Positions 28,164 through 37,974 of a stretch of DNA of 64,000 nt are shown here, piece after piece; position 1 is the stretch's first letter, and each line of letters opens with the position of its first letter. Source of the stretch: Candidatus Hydrogenedentota bacterium (GTDB taxonomy: Bacteria > Hydrogenedentota > Hydrogenedentia > Hydrogenedentales > JAEUWI01); the NCBI GenBank assembly GCA_034669905.1, contig JAXMOL010000007.1:1-64000 (forward strand), in the 5' to 3' direction. The translations under genes were made by a program, and so were the position numbers. The notes under the pieces were generated by a model. It did not search any database. It was given only the letters and a program-made list of their open reading frames with translations, and was not told the DNA's origin.

Positions 28164-29158
28164 GTACAAAACTTCGACTGGGTTTTATCGGCGTGGGCGG
28201 CATTGCCGGTGGACACTACGAACGTCTCCAGAAGACTGGACAGGCCGATATCGTGGGATTGGTCGATCCGGATCCTGCGGCGCTGAAGCGCTTCTTCCGG
28301 CGCTGCCCCACCGCCCGGGACATTCCGCGATACGAGAATCACGCCACCCTGTTGCGGGAGGCAGACCTGGACGGGGTCCTCGTGCTCACGCCCCACGCCT
28401 GTCACTATGAACAAATCGGGGACGCACTCAAGCAGGGGGTGCACGTACTGTCAGAAAAGCCCCTCGTTTGCAAGAGTGCCGATGCCCAACGTTTGATAAA
28501 ACTCGCCGCAAAAACCGGGAAGGTATTATCCCTTTCCTATCAGCGCCACTACGATCCCGTGTTTCGCTATATGCGCAGCGAGATTCAACGAGGCGCCCTG
28601 GGAGATATCCAGTTTGTCCAGGCGATGCAGGCCCAGGAGTGGCTCCGCCTGACCCGCGACACCTGGCGCCAGAGCCTGGCGCTTTCGGGCGGGGGGCAAT
28701 TGAATGACTCGGGAAGTCACCTGATCGACATTGTGTTGTGGGTGACCGGCCTGGAGGTGTCGGAGGTCTTTGCCCGGGGCGAATCCTTTGGTTGCGAGGT
28801 GGACGTGAATTCCGCCATTACCCTCCGCTTTAGGAATGGTGCGCTGGGTAACCTGTCCATCATTGGCAACGCGCCCACCTGGCATGAAGACCACAGCATC
28901 ATTGGCGCCAAGGGTGCCTTCTATTTACGCCAGGATGGCACCCTGCTTCAGCAAGGGCCCACGGGAAAGCCCCGCAAGGTGCGCCTTCCCCGCTACACGG
29001 AAAACCCCGACAGCAACTTTCTCCAGTGCATTCGGGGGAAAGCCGTCACGGAAACCCCGCCCGAATGTGGCCTCGCCACCCTTCGGGCCACCGAGGCCAT
29101 GTGGCGTTCCATGGAGCGCGGTAAACCGGTTACCCTGCGCGCGAGCAACGGGGCCTGA
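28160..29158 (+). CDS. Gfo/Idh/MocA oxidoreductase
   Basis: GFIGVGGIA, HVLSEKP, GGGQLNDSGSHLID; ATGA overlap with the upstream stop. Confidence 0.92.
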   Translation: MSTKLRLGFIGVGGIAGGHYERLQKTGQADIVGLVDPDPAALKRFFRRCPTARDIPRYENHATLLREADLDGVLVLTPHACHYEQIGDALKQGVHVLSEKPLVCKSADAQRLIKLAAKTGKVLSLSYQRHYDPVFRYMRSEIQRGALGDIQFVQAMQAQEWLRLTRDTWRQSLALSGGGQLNDSGSHLIDIVLWVTGLEVSEVFARGESFGCEVDVNSAITLRFRNGALGNLSIIGNAPTWHEDHSIIGAKGAFYLRQDGTLLQQGPTGKPRKVRLPRYTENPDSNFLQCIRGKAVTETPPECGLATLRATEAMWRSMERGKPVTLRASNGA

Positions 29159-29187
29159 ATCGTGACGTACGGGAGCGCAGTACCGTG

Positions 29188-30285
29188 ATGGCACGGCCCA
29201 ATGTCATTCTCATCACCGTCGACGGGATGGGGTGGCACGACCTGGGTGCTGCGGGAAATCCGATCATTCGCACGCCCAATCTCGATGCCCTCGCATCTCA
29301 CGGGGTGCGGTTTACCCAGGCCACTACCAGCGCGGTGCATACAACCGGGCCCGACGACCTGAGTGCCGCATTCAACGTATTGGCCCAGACCCTCCGCGGC
29401 CAGGAATACACCGTCGGTGCCGTGGGCAAGGCCCTGCTGGATCCCGCGGGGTGTGATCTTCACGCCCTCTCCGGCGTGGCCGGCCAGCGGGACCTCTACG
29501 GGGCAGAATCGGATTCGGCGGAAGTGCCCCCCGACCTTCAGGAGGCGTCCCAACATGTCACCGCCTGGACCGGAAATCAGGCGGTTCGTTTTTGCCAGGG
29601 AGCGGATGAACCCTTCCTGCTCAACGTTGGTTTTTCGACCGAGGTCCCGCCGCCAGAGCCCTGGCGGAGTATGTACCGTCCCGAGCAAATGGACCTGTCG
29701 GGGGGGGGGGCGTCTCCGGGGGAATTTGCTCTCCAGCGAAAGCGTCTCGCCCATCACTATGGTGCCATTGCTTTACTCGACCGTCAGATCGGGCGCATGA
29801 TGGCGACCCTGACGGCCCGGGGGCGGACCAACAACGTGTTTGTTGTGGCGGGCACCCGAGGTTTTGAGGCGGGGGAGCCGGGGCGCGACGCGCCGCCACT
29901 TTCGGAAGCGAGCATCCGTGTGCCCCTGTTGGTAGGTGGCTTTTTGCGTCAACGGCGGGGCGAGCAAGATCCCGCCCTGGTCTATACCAGTGATGTGGCC
30001 GCCACGGTGCTGGAGGCCCTCGCCGTGCCGCCCCAGGGGCGGATGGAGAGTCATAGTTTTCTTCCCCAGCTGCGCCACGCGGGGCGCTCCCACCGAAAGG
30101 CCGTCGTCATTCACGGCGATGGGGGGCTTATCGCAGTCCGCACCGCACGCTATAAATGGGTCACCGGTGGCGGGGGAGAAGGTGAGTGGCTCTTCGACTT
30201 GCAGAGTGACCCGCTTGAGCGCGAGAATCTAGTACATACGCGGCAGGCCATACCCATTCGAAAAATGTTGACCGGCCTGGTGTAG
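29188..30285 (+). CDS. Sulfatase-fold protein lacking catalytic motifs
   Basis: RPNVILITVD, IRTPNLDALA..GVRFT, IRVPLL, VRTARYK, LFDLQSDPLE; no C/S-x-P-x-R motif. Confidence 0.8.
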   Translation: MARPNVILITVDGMGWHDLGAAGNPIIRTPNLDALASHGVRFTQATTSAVHTTGPDDLSAAFNVLAQTLRGQEYTVGAVGKALLDPAGCDLHALSGVAGQRDLYGAESDSAEVPPDLQEASQHVTAWTGNQAVRFCQGADEPFLLNVGFSTEVPPPEPWRSMYRPEQMDLSGGGASPGEFALQRKRLAHHYGAIALLDRQIGRMMATLTARGRTNNVFVVAGTRGFEAGEPGRDAPPLSEASIRVPLLVGGFLRQRRGEQDPALVYTSDVAATVLEALAVPPQGRMESHSFLPQLRHAGRSHRKAVVIHGDGGLIAVRTARYKWVTGGGGEGEWLFDLQSDPLERENLVHTRQAIPIRKMLTGLV

Positions 30286-30360
30286 GTTTTTTTTAGTACC
30301 CTTGAAACTGCCATTCGGGTAGTCTTCAAACGGCCCTGTCGGGCCAAACAGGATAGGAAT

Positions 30361-32388
30361 ATGTGGTTCATAGCAGTCCTCAGTGGTTTTCTGGCGAGTC
30401 CCGAACTGGTCGGTGCCGACCGCTACCTCGCCGGGTGTGATGCCTTTCGGGCGGAGAAATATGATGTGGCCCAGACCGAGTTTGAGGCCGTGCGGCAGCA
30501 GGACCCCGATCTCGCGGGTTGGGCCACCGTGCGGTTGGGCATGTGCTATGCCGCCCGGAACGATGCCACCACCGCCGCGGCCCTGTACCAGGAAGTGCTG
30601 GATGGGGAGCCCGGTGCCTGGAAGGCTATGGCACGCGGGAAAATGGCGGCCCTGGGGGCGGCACGGGACGACTACGCGATCGTCGTGGATCACCTCTCGG
30701 GCTTTGAGAATGTCGCCCCCGCCCCCTGGTGGATGGACACCTATCTCTGGCAGTTCAGTGAAGCGGTGTTGAATCACCCGGGCGATCGCCGGGCCGGCTA
30801 TACCTTTTTCCGGGATACGGTGGAAAACACCTGGTACATCAAGCCCCGACTGGATGCGGCCCGCTATCTCGTCAAGTCACCCGCGCCCCTTGACCAATCG
30901 GTGGCCCTCTTGGGTATGCTGCGTTCCAGTGCTTACACCGACGTGCGAAAGTTTCTGCCTACCCTGACGGTGGAGCTTTCCGATGAGTCAAACAATAATT
31001 TCCTCCTCGCCCAACTCTGCGACCAACTCCTCGATAGCAGCGTGGAGAATGACGGCCAGGCCCTGGCGGTGTTGCGGCGCCACGCGAGTAATCCCGCGGC
31101 CCGCTTTGCCATGGCCTATGCCGCCCGCATTCAGGCCTCCCGGAAGTCCTACACGCGGGCCGAGTCCCTCTGTGATGCCCTCGTCGATATGGCCCCCGAT
31201 TCCCGGGAGGCGGGCGAGACCCTCTGGTGGCTGGGGAATACCCTGGAGCGGGCCGAAAAAATCGCCGACGCCAAGCGCATCTACACCCAATTGCCGGAAC
31301 GTTGTAAGGCACACTTTCGGGCGGACGATGCCCTGAACCGGCTGGGAGAACTCTATCTCGAAGAGGGTGCTTCCAAGAAGGGGCTCGAATATTTTGTGCA
31401 ATTGGGCCGGGAATACCCCGAGAGCCGCTTTCGGGCGAAGGCCTACTACACCTGTGCCACCCACGTGAGCACCCAGGGTGACAAAGATATGCAGCGCCTC
31501 TTTTTTACGGCGGCAGCCCGGGATAACCTGGGGTACTTCTATGCCCACCGCTCCCTCTACCGTCTGCAAGAGCTGGAGGGGCAAGAGGCTCCCGTCAATC
31601 TCCAGATTGATGGCCATTCACCGATCTTGCTGCCCATGCCGGGATTGATGGCGCCGATGCCCGAAATGCCGAAAGCCCTGGCCGAGGCCGTTGAATACCG
31701 ACGGCTCCATTTCTTCGGGCATAACGGCCTGGAAGAAAGTGAATGGGAAGTGCTGCCCCTGTTGCTGGCCCTCTCTACAGTGGAGGATAAAGCGCCCCAC
31801 TACCAGGCCATGGCGGAGTCGGGACTGGCCCACACCGCCCTGCAGTTTGCGTCCCACAATGGCTGGGGGGTGGACGCGGCCGGTAAGAAGAGCCTGGATC
31901 GGCTTCGTCTGGAGTATCCCCGGGCGTACTGGTCGGAAGTGACCGAGCTGGCCCGGGAGGTGGGCGTGGACCCCTACCTCATTCTCGCGGTCGCCCGCCA
32001 GGAAAGCACTTTTCGGCCCAACCTGACCTCCCACGCGGGGGCCAGCGGGGTCATGCAGCTCATGCCGCCCACGGCCAAATGGCTCGCCCAGGTGGATCCC
32101 AATATCGAAAACCGACACGTCGCCAACCTGGAGTCCCCGGTCAATTCCCTCCGTCTGGGGGCCTATTACATCCTGCGAATGTTTGAGCGCTCCAACGGCA
32201 ATCTGGTGGACACCCTTGCCTCGTATAATGGTGGCCCGGGCAACCGGGACAAATGGCGTAAACGCTTTCCCAACCACGACTTCGACGCCTTCGTGGAGGC
32301 CATCCCCTTTGAAGAGACCAAGAACTACGTGAAGAAGGTATTGGGGAATTATGCCGCCTATCGTTCCCTCTACGAGCCCGTGGGCTGA
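30361..32388 (+). CDS. Soluble lytic murein transglycosylase (TPR-like superhelix + SLT domain)
   Basis: ARQESTF, GASGVMQLMPPTA, ASYNGGPG, IPFEETKNYVKKV. Confidence 0.92.
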   Translation: MWFIAVLSGFLASPELVGADRYLAGCDAFRAEKYDVAQTEFEAVRQQDPDLAGWATVRLGMCYAARNDATTAAALYQEVLDGEPGAWKAMARGKMAALGAARDDYAIVVDHLSGFENVAPAPWWMDTYLWQFSEAVLNHPGDRRAGYTFFRDTVENTWYIKPRLDAARYLVKSPAPLDQSVALLGMLRSSAYTDVRKFLPTLTVELSDESNNNFLLAQLCDQLLDSSVENDGQALAVLRRHASNPAARFAMAYAARIQASRKSYTRAESLCDALVDMAPDSREAGETLWWLGNTLERAEKIADAKRIYTQLPERCKAHFRADDALNRLGELYLEEGASKKGLEYFVQLGREYPESRFRAKAYYTCATHVSTQGDKDMQRLFFTAAARDNLGYFYAHRSLYRLQELEGQEAPVNLQIDGHSPILLPMPGLMAPMPEMPKALAEAVEYRRLHFFGHNGLEESEWEVLPLLLALSTVEDKAPHYQAMAESGLAHTALQFASHNGWGVDAAGKKSLDRLRLEYPRAYWSEVTELAREVGVDPYLILAVARQESTFRPNLTSHAGASGVMQLMPPTAKWLAQVDPNIENRHVANLESPVNSLRLGAYYILRMFERSNGNLVDTLASYNGGPGNRDKWRKRFPNHDFDAFVEAIPFEETKNYVKKVLGNYAAYRSLYEPVG

Positions 32389-32578
32389 CCGGGAGTAGTT
32401 GAGTCCCCAAAGCGCTTCGATAGGTCGTGACGTGGTGTACAGAAAGTGTTCAACGTTGAATGATTATGAGTGCCTAGTGACAACAATAAGTTGTCGAATG
32501 TGGTGCCGATTGCACTGCTACCGATGGCGTAGCATTGTAACCTATTGTGAACAAGATGCTTAAGAAGTTGTGTTGAAT

Positions 32579-32593
32579 TGGCGTAGTTCTTGC
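32579..32593 (+). promoter_or_regulatory. sigma54 (-24/-12) promoter of PEP-CTERM gene 1
   Basis: TGGCGTAGTTCTTGC (GG-N10-GC), ending 94 bp before the ATG. Confidence 0.7.
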
Positions 32594-32686
32594 GCACTAT
32601 CCCCCAGTGCGAGGAGTTTTCCCTCGTAAAGTTTTTACTGCGGTTCGCAATGGGTGAATCGCAATTATGACGGGAGTGTGTTGATA

Positions 32687-33565
32687 ATGAGAACCGCCTT
32701 TTTAAAGTTGGGTGTTGCACTGGCCATGGGCTTGGCCGTGCTGCCAGCCTCTGCGCTGACCATCGAGACGAATGCCAATTATGAAGTAGAACACAATTTC
32801 TTCGGCACGGAAACCGATTCCGATGGCCCGAACACCGCCAGTTCCGGTAGTGTCGAATCTTATGTCACCTACGGTAGTTTCATCGTTGAAGCTGGTCCCG
32901 CTGAGGAAGGCGTCTCCTCAGAGGAAGAATTTGGTAGCTTTGGTGACGCCAATGCCTTCGCCGCGGATTCGGGCCGACTGGCTACGGGTGCGTATCTCCT
33001 TGCCGAAGATGACGTGTCCTCCATGGACTTTCACGCCACGACGTCCTGGTCGAATACCTTCACCAACACAACCGGTGGCAACGCTAATTTCGACTTCGAC
33101 TTCAACTTTTCCGGCGGACGCCTCGACATCGACGGCAACGGTGGTATGGCCATGTTCAGCCTGGATATCCTGTTGAACGGCAGTTCCATCTGGAACCGCA
33201 CGGCCAGCCTCTCGGGTAACGCTTCTCTCGGGACTGATGTCTTCGATTCCGGTGGTCTCGATCATATCCTGGGCGGGACGGGGAATTACGTGACCGCTTC
33301 CTTCAGCGCTTTCTCTGACAGCCTGGACCTGGGGGATTTTGCCAACGGCGATTCCTTTGAGTTGACCTATGTCATCGAATCCTGGGCGAAGACCGATGAA
33401 AACTTCAGCTACGTGAGTGCCAACGTCGGCGACCCCTTCAGCGGCGGTTTCTCCGGCGCGGTAAGCACGTCTTCCTCCGCGCCCGTTCCCGAGCCGACCA
33501 CCATGGCTTTGCTCGGCATGGGTATCGTCGGTTTGGGCGCCCGTCGTCTGCGCAAGAAAAACTGA
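32687..33565 (+). CDS. PEP-CTERM exosortase-substrate protein 1
   Basis: Signal peptide (..LPASA), acidic S/T/G-rich body, VPEPTTMALLGMGIVGLGARRLRKKN. Confidence 0.93.
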   Translation: MRTAFLKLGVALAMGLAVLPASALTIETNANYEVEHNFFGTETDSDGPNTASSGSVESYVTYGSFIVEAGPAEEGVSSEEEFGSFGDANAFAADSGRLATGAYLLAEDDVSSMDFHATTSWSNTFTNTTGGNANFDFDFNFSGGRLDIDGNGGMAMFSLDILLNGSSIWNRTASLSGNASLGTDVFDSGGLDHILGGTGNYVTASFSAFSDSLDLGDFANGDSFELTYVIESWAKTDENFSYVSANVGDPFSGGFSGAVSTSSSAPVPEPTTMALLGMGIVGLGARRLRKKN

Positions 33566-33601
33566 TTCGACGATACGTCGATATCAGTTGGAAGTTTGCC
33601 C

Positions 33602-33631
33602 AAGGGCTCCGCACGAAGCGGGGCCCTTTTT
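33602..33631 (+). terminator. Intrinsic terminator
   Basis: AAGGGCTCCGC-ACGAA-GCGGGGCCCTT followed by a T run. Confidence 0.75.
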
Positions 33632-34018
33632 GTGCGTTGCAGGGCAAAGGGCTGTCTGCCACACCGAAATTTTGCGTTCCGGCAGCCAGTTTCAACAAAG
33701 AAGTCTTTTGGCATGCTATTTCGCGGGGGAGCTTTCGTTCGTTGAACGATACGGAGCGCATTTGCTCCAGTGCGGTGTGAAAGACGGGTCGCTGTTTAAG
33801 ATTCTCGGGTATTGGAGGGAAAGAACAGGCGCTGAGGCCCAGGGGAGTGAGCTGATTATTTGGGGGGCAGAGTGCGGGAAATAATAGTCATACGTGACCT
33901 GTTAGTAACGATTACATCTAGAAAAGTAAGGTGATTGATACATTGAAATAGACAGGATTTTCTATAGCGTAGTCCTAAGCTATTACCATTATTGATCGAC
34001 CAATAGTTCATGTTACTA

Positions 34019-34033
34019 TGGTGCAGTTCTTGC
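34019..34033 (+). promoter_or_regulatory. sigma54 (-24/-12) promoter of PEP-CTERM gene 2
   Basis: TGGTGCAGTTCTTGC, 13/15 identical to the gene 1 site, ending 91 bp before the ATG. Confidence 0.7.
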
Positions 34034-34123
34034 ATGTTTTTTTCGACGGGGCTTCGATTTTCATTCGGAAATCGGTGGGCACCATTGGGCATCAATCAAC
34101 AAGATAGAAGGAAAAAAATAATC

Positions 34124-34972
34124 ATGAAGCGATCAGTGTGGACGTTTTTGGGGGCCATGGTTTGGGCTGTAACTATTCAGCCAGTCAGCGCGGTGAGTAT
34201 CACGGCAGACGTGCGCTATGACGTGGTTCATAATACGAACGGGGCCGAGAGTGATCGGGTAGGCCCGACGACGTCAAGCAGTGGGTACCTTGACAATGAA
34301 ATTTCCTATCTAGCGGCTTCGCCGGGTTCATCGGGAGTTTTCAGTAGGATCGTCGCGGGCTCCATCGCCGATGAAAGTGGTTGGTTGGCGGGCGGCGGCC
34401 TCATGGAATTCAATGATGACGTGACGACGATGTCCTTTCAGTCCGTTTCGAGCTGGTCGGATACCATTACCAACACGACGGGTGGAGCCGCCACATTCGA
34501 CTTCGATTTTCTCGTTACCGACGGATATCTATACGTTCAGGACGCGGGTATGGCGAAGTTTCAGCTGGAGGTTTTGGTAGATGGGGCCAGCATCTGGAGC
34601 AGCACGGCAAGTCTGGAACTCGACGGGCTGGGCAATCCCGCACTTATAGAGACCGATGGCCACGCCAGCATCATCACAGACTATGGTAGCATCGTAAGCG
34701 TTGAGTTTGAAGAGTTTTCGGGAAATATCCTGTTGGGTTCTTTGGCGCACGGTGAATCCCTGGACCTGACGTATCGTCTTTCGGTCATGGGAAGCCTCAC
34801 GCAGGAGTATTCATTCGTCAACGCCCGGGTTGGCGCTCCCAACTCGGCGGGATTCTCGGGAACCGTTAATTCAACGCCTGTCTCTGCACCCGTTCCCGAG
34901 CCCACCACCATGGCATTGCTCGGCATGGGTATTGCCGGTCTGGGTGCCCGTCGTCTGCGCAAGAAAAACTGA
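34124..34972 (+). CDS. PEP-CTERM exosortase-substrate protein 2 (paralog of protein 1)
   Basis: Signal peptide; shared TNTTGG.A.FDFDF and SIW..TASL blocks; VPEPTTMALLGMGIAGLGARRLRKKN. Confidence 0.93.
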   Translation: MKRSVWTFLGAMVWAVTIQPVSAVSITADVRYDVVHNTNGAESDRVGPTTSSSGYLDNEISYLAASPGSSGVFSRIVAGSIADESGWLAGGGLMEFNDDVTTMSFQSVSSWSDTITNTTGGAATFDFDFLVTDGYLYVQDAGMAKFQLEVLVDGASIWSSTASLELDGLGNPALIETDGHASIITDYGSIVSVEFEEFSGNILLGSLAHGESLDLTYRLSVMGSLTQEYSFVNARVGAPNSAGFSGTVNSTPVSAPVPEPTTMALLGMGIAGLGARRLRKKN

Positions 34973-35015
34973 TTCGACGATACGGCGACAAGAACTTCAT
35001 CGATAGAATCTCTCC

Positions 35016-35044
35016 AGGGCTTCGCAGTTTGCGGAGCCCTTTTT
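35016..35044 (+). terminator. Intrinsic terminator
   Basis: AGGGCTTCGCA-GTT-TGCGGAGCCCT followed by TTTT. Confidence 0.75.
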
Positions 35045-35255
35045 CGCATCCAACAGGCCCATTTGATTATCCTGCACCCGTAAGGCCGTTTGTGCCTCAC
35101 GTCCGTAAGGGTGGCACCCCTGGGTAACGGAGGGACGTGTCCGCCTCAGGGTTCGAAACTCGCGTCGCGCTCCCGTTAGTCCTATAATGAATCCTTCCCA
35201 AGGCTTTATGTTTCGCAGGAGGAGTTCTGCCCTGCTGATCAACAAGGAGAGAGCA

Positions 35256-36662
35256 ATGTCGAGTAGCAAGTTGAGTCGTCGCGCCTTCCTGGCGGCAACC
35301 ACCACCACGGCGGTCACCCTGGCGGCCGCCGCGCCCAACGATGCCAAGGTGGTACCGGGCAAAGTGTCCCCCAATGAGAAACTGAATATCGCCGCCATTG
35401 GCGCGGGGGGGAAGGGCTCGTCCGATATTGGCAACTGCGCAGATCTTGGAGAAAATGTGGTTGCCCTTTGCGACGTGGACTGGGACCGGGCCAAGCATAC
35501 CTTCAACAGTATGCCCAAGGCCGCCAAGTTCAAGGATTACCGGAACATGTTGGAAGCCATGCCGGAGATCGATGCGCTGACCATTTCCACGCCGGACCAC
35601 ACCCACGCGCCGGCCGCTTATATGGCCATGAAGATGGGTAAACACGTCTACGTGCAAAAGCCGCTGACCCACACGGTCGCCGAGGCGCGGTTGCTGAAAA
35701 ACACGGCCGCCGAAATGGGGGTCACGACCCAGATGGGTAACCAGGGACACTGTGGCGATGGCGCCCGTCAGTTGTGTGAAATGATTTGGACGGGTGCCAT
35801 TGGCAACGTGAAGGAAGCCCACGTCTGGACCAGCCGCCCGGTGTGGGATAACCAGGGCATGGACCATCCCCTTCCACCGGAAGTGACGCCCGAAAATCTC
35901 GATTGGGATCGTTGGATTGGCTGCGCGCCCTGGCGTCCCTACAACAAGAAGCTGGCGCCCCACGATTGGCGCGCTTGGCAGGATTTCGGGGGCGGCTCTC
36001 TGGGCGACATGGCCTGTCACATCATGGACCCCGTCTACATGGCCCTGAAGCTGGTGGAGGCCAAGAATTACTCCGTGGAAGTGGTGATGCGCAAGGGCGT
36101 CACGACCGAGACTTTCCCGGTGGCCAGCACCATTAAGTATTCCTTCCCCGAACGGGGCGACATGCCCCCCGTGGATGTCTATTGGTACGACGGCCACTGG
36201 CCCGATCCCAACACGGGCGAAAAGGTCCACAATCTGCCCGAGTGGCCCAAGAACGTCCCGGCGGACCAGCCCTTTGGGGATCCCAAGGGCTACGGCGGTT
36301 CCAATGGCTCCTTCATGATCGGCGACGGGGGCATTGTCACGACTGGAGAATATGGTGGCGACACGCGACTCATGCCCGCTTCCTCCATGGCCGACTACAC
36401 CATGCCCGAGCCCTTCCTCGACCGCATCCCCGATGAGAATCCGTATAAGAACTGGATTGACGGCATCAAGGGGGGCTACAAGCCCGCGTCCAACTTTGAC
36501 TACTCCGGGCCCTTCACCGAGATGGTGAACTTCGGTAACCTGGTGGTTAAGTCGGGCAAGAAGCTCAAGTGGGACAACGTCAAAGGCGAGGTCACGAACG
36601 TGAAAAACGCCAGGGAAATCGTGAGTAAAGAATACCGCACGGGCTGGGAATTGCCCTGCTAG
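35256..36662 (+). CDS. Tat-exported Gfo/Idh/MocA oxidoreductase
   Basis: SRRAFLAA twin-arginine signal, IGAGGKG, STPDHTHA, HVYVQKPL, GDMACH. Confidence 0.93.
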   Translation: MSSSKLSRRAFLAATTTTAVTLAAAAPNDAKVVPGKVSPNEKLNIAAIGAGGKGSSDIGNCADLGENVVALCDVDWDRAKHTFNSMPKAAKFKDYRNMLEAMPEIDALTISTPDHTHAPAAYMAMKMGKHVYVQKPLTHTVAEARLLKNTAAEMGVTTQMGNQGHCGDGARQLCEMIWTGAIGNVKEAHVWTSRPVWDNQGMDHPLPPEVTPENLDWDRWIGCAPWRPYNKKLAPHDWRAWQDFGGGSLGDMACHIMDPVYMALKLVEAKNYSVEVVMRKGVTTETFPVASTIKYSFPERGDMPPVDVYWYDGHWPDPNTGEKVHNLPEWPKNVPADQPFGDPKGYGGSNGSFMIGDGGIVTTGEYGGDTRLMPASSMADYTMPEPFLDRIPDENPYKNWIDGIKGGYKPASNFDYSGPFTEMVNFGNLVVKSGKKLKWDNVKGEVTNVKNAREIVSKEYRTGWELPC

Positions 36663-36683
36663 CGATGGTCGTGTGAAATCAAT

Positions 36684-36723
36684 AATCCCCGGCGCAGTCT
36701 AAGGATCGCGCCGGGGATTTTCT
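36684..36723 (+). terminator. Probable intrinsic terminator
   Basis: AATCCCCGGCGC...GCGCCGGGGATT followed by TTCT. Confidence 0.65.
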
Positions 36724-36830
36724 ATAGGCGGTGGGCTTGTGGGACTCGTGGGACTCGTGGGACCCAGTATTCCCACCGGTCCCAATTGTCCCACTGGTCC
36801 TACCGCGTGCAAGCTCCCGGTCACGGAGGT

Positions 36831-37796
36831 TTAACCTTCCAGGCGTTCGAAGTCGTTGCCATTCAGCTTAACCAGCTCCCGCGTTACTTCGTCGCCCTTT
36901 ACGTGGCGGACGAGATAGTGATGAAAGCGGCCGGAGGGCTCGATGCGGGGACTCAGCTTGGCACCACCCCCGGCGGTCAGGGTGTAGCGCACGCTGTCGA
37001 TGACTTCGGTGGCGTAGCCGTGGATGTGGGCCATAAACACCTCGGTCACGCCATGCTGGACGAAGAGCTGGTGGGATTCGTGCTCGTTGTTTTTGTAGCC
37101 CCGGCGGGGACGGTCGTTGACGAAGGTGGCTTCAAAGAACAAGGGGGGGATGTGATAGAACACATATTTGTGGGGGGCCTGGCTTTCGCTCAGCGCCTTT
37201 TCCAGATAGGCCATACCGTCATCGGTTACGCCTTTCTGGGTGCTGTTGTTGATGCCCACGAAAAGGCAATTGCCCATTTCAAAACAGAATTCATCACCAC
37301 CGTGGAGGGCCTTGAAGGCCGCGTAGTCCCGCCAGGCACCACGCTCGTGGTTGCCGGGTACGGAGAGCACAGGAACCGGGTCCACCAGGTCAATGAGGGG
37401 CGTGAGGCTTTCGTAGTATTCGGCAGCCGTCCCGCCCCGGACGATGTCACCCGTGTGAAAGAGGACGACCGGATTGTCTTCCTTTGCGGCGCCGAAAATC
37501 CGGGTGGCCACCTTCATGCGTTTCCGGGTATCGCCCAGCACGACGAAGGAAAAGGAATCCCCTTCGGGCATCCGCGTGTTGGCCCGGGCGATCATGGTTT
37601 CATAGCCATACTTCGGGCACAAGTCCCGTAAGGCATCGACGCCCCGACGGGAGGCAATCAGTTTGCGGGTCTGCACGACGCCCAGCCCCGCAAGGAAGAG
37701 GACGAAGACAAGGACGCCCGCCAGGGCCCCCTGGGTGTAGAAGACGAGGCCGAGGGCAATGAGACCGAGCAGGAGAACAAGTTGTTTCTTTTTCAC
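36831..37796 (-). CDS. Membrane-anchored calcineurin-like metallophosphoesterase
   Basis: Two N-terminal TM helices; GDTR, TGDIV, PGNHE, HIPP, AHIHGY motifs; GTG start. Confidence 0.88.
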   Translation of the reverse strand: MKKKQLVLLLGLIALGLVFYTQGALAGVLVFVLFLAGLGVVQTRKLIASRRGVDALRDLCPKYGYETMIARANTRMPEGDSFSFVVLGDTRKRMKVATRIFGAAKEDNPVVLFHTGDIVRGGTAAEYYESLTPLIDLVDPVPVLSVPGNHERGAWRDYAAFKALHGGDEFCFEMGNCLFVGINNSTQKGVTDDGMAYLEKALSESQAPHKYVFYHIPPLFFEATFVNDRPRRGYKNNEHESHQLFVQHGVTEVFMAHIHGYATEVIDSVRYTLTAGGGAKLSPRIEPSGRFHHYLVRHVKGDEVTRELVKLNGNDFERLEG

Positions 37797-37974
37797 GGGA
37801 ATTCCTTTATCAATGAGGTTGCCCGTACCAGGGCACGGGGCAACGGGAATGGGGAAGGATGTTGGACGGTCCCGGGGCGGACACACGGGGGAAACGACCA
37901 TAACACCACGTAATTATAGTGCGTGCCGGGGGAGTGAATCGAATCATGCCCCCGGGGTCCCCAGCCTGCTCCAC

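Noticed and set aside
33708..33726. sigma54 site TGGCATGCTATTTCGC
   Set aside because: GG-to-GC spacing is 11 rather than 10, and a better site exists at 34019-34033.
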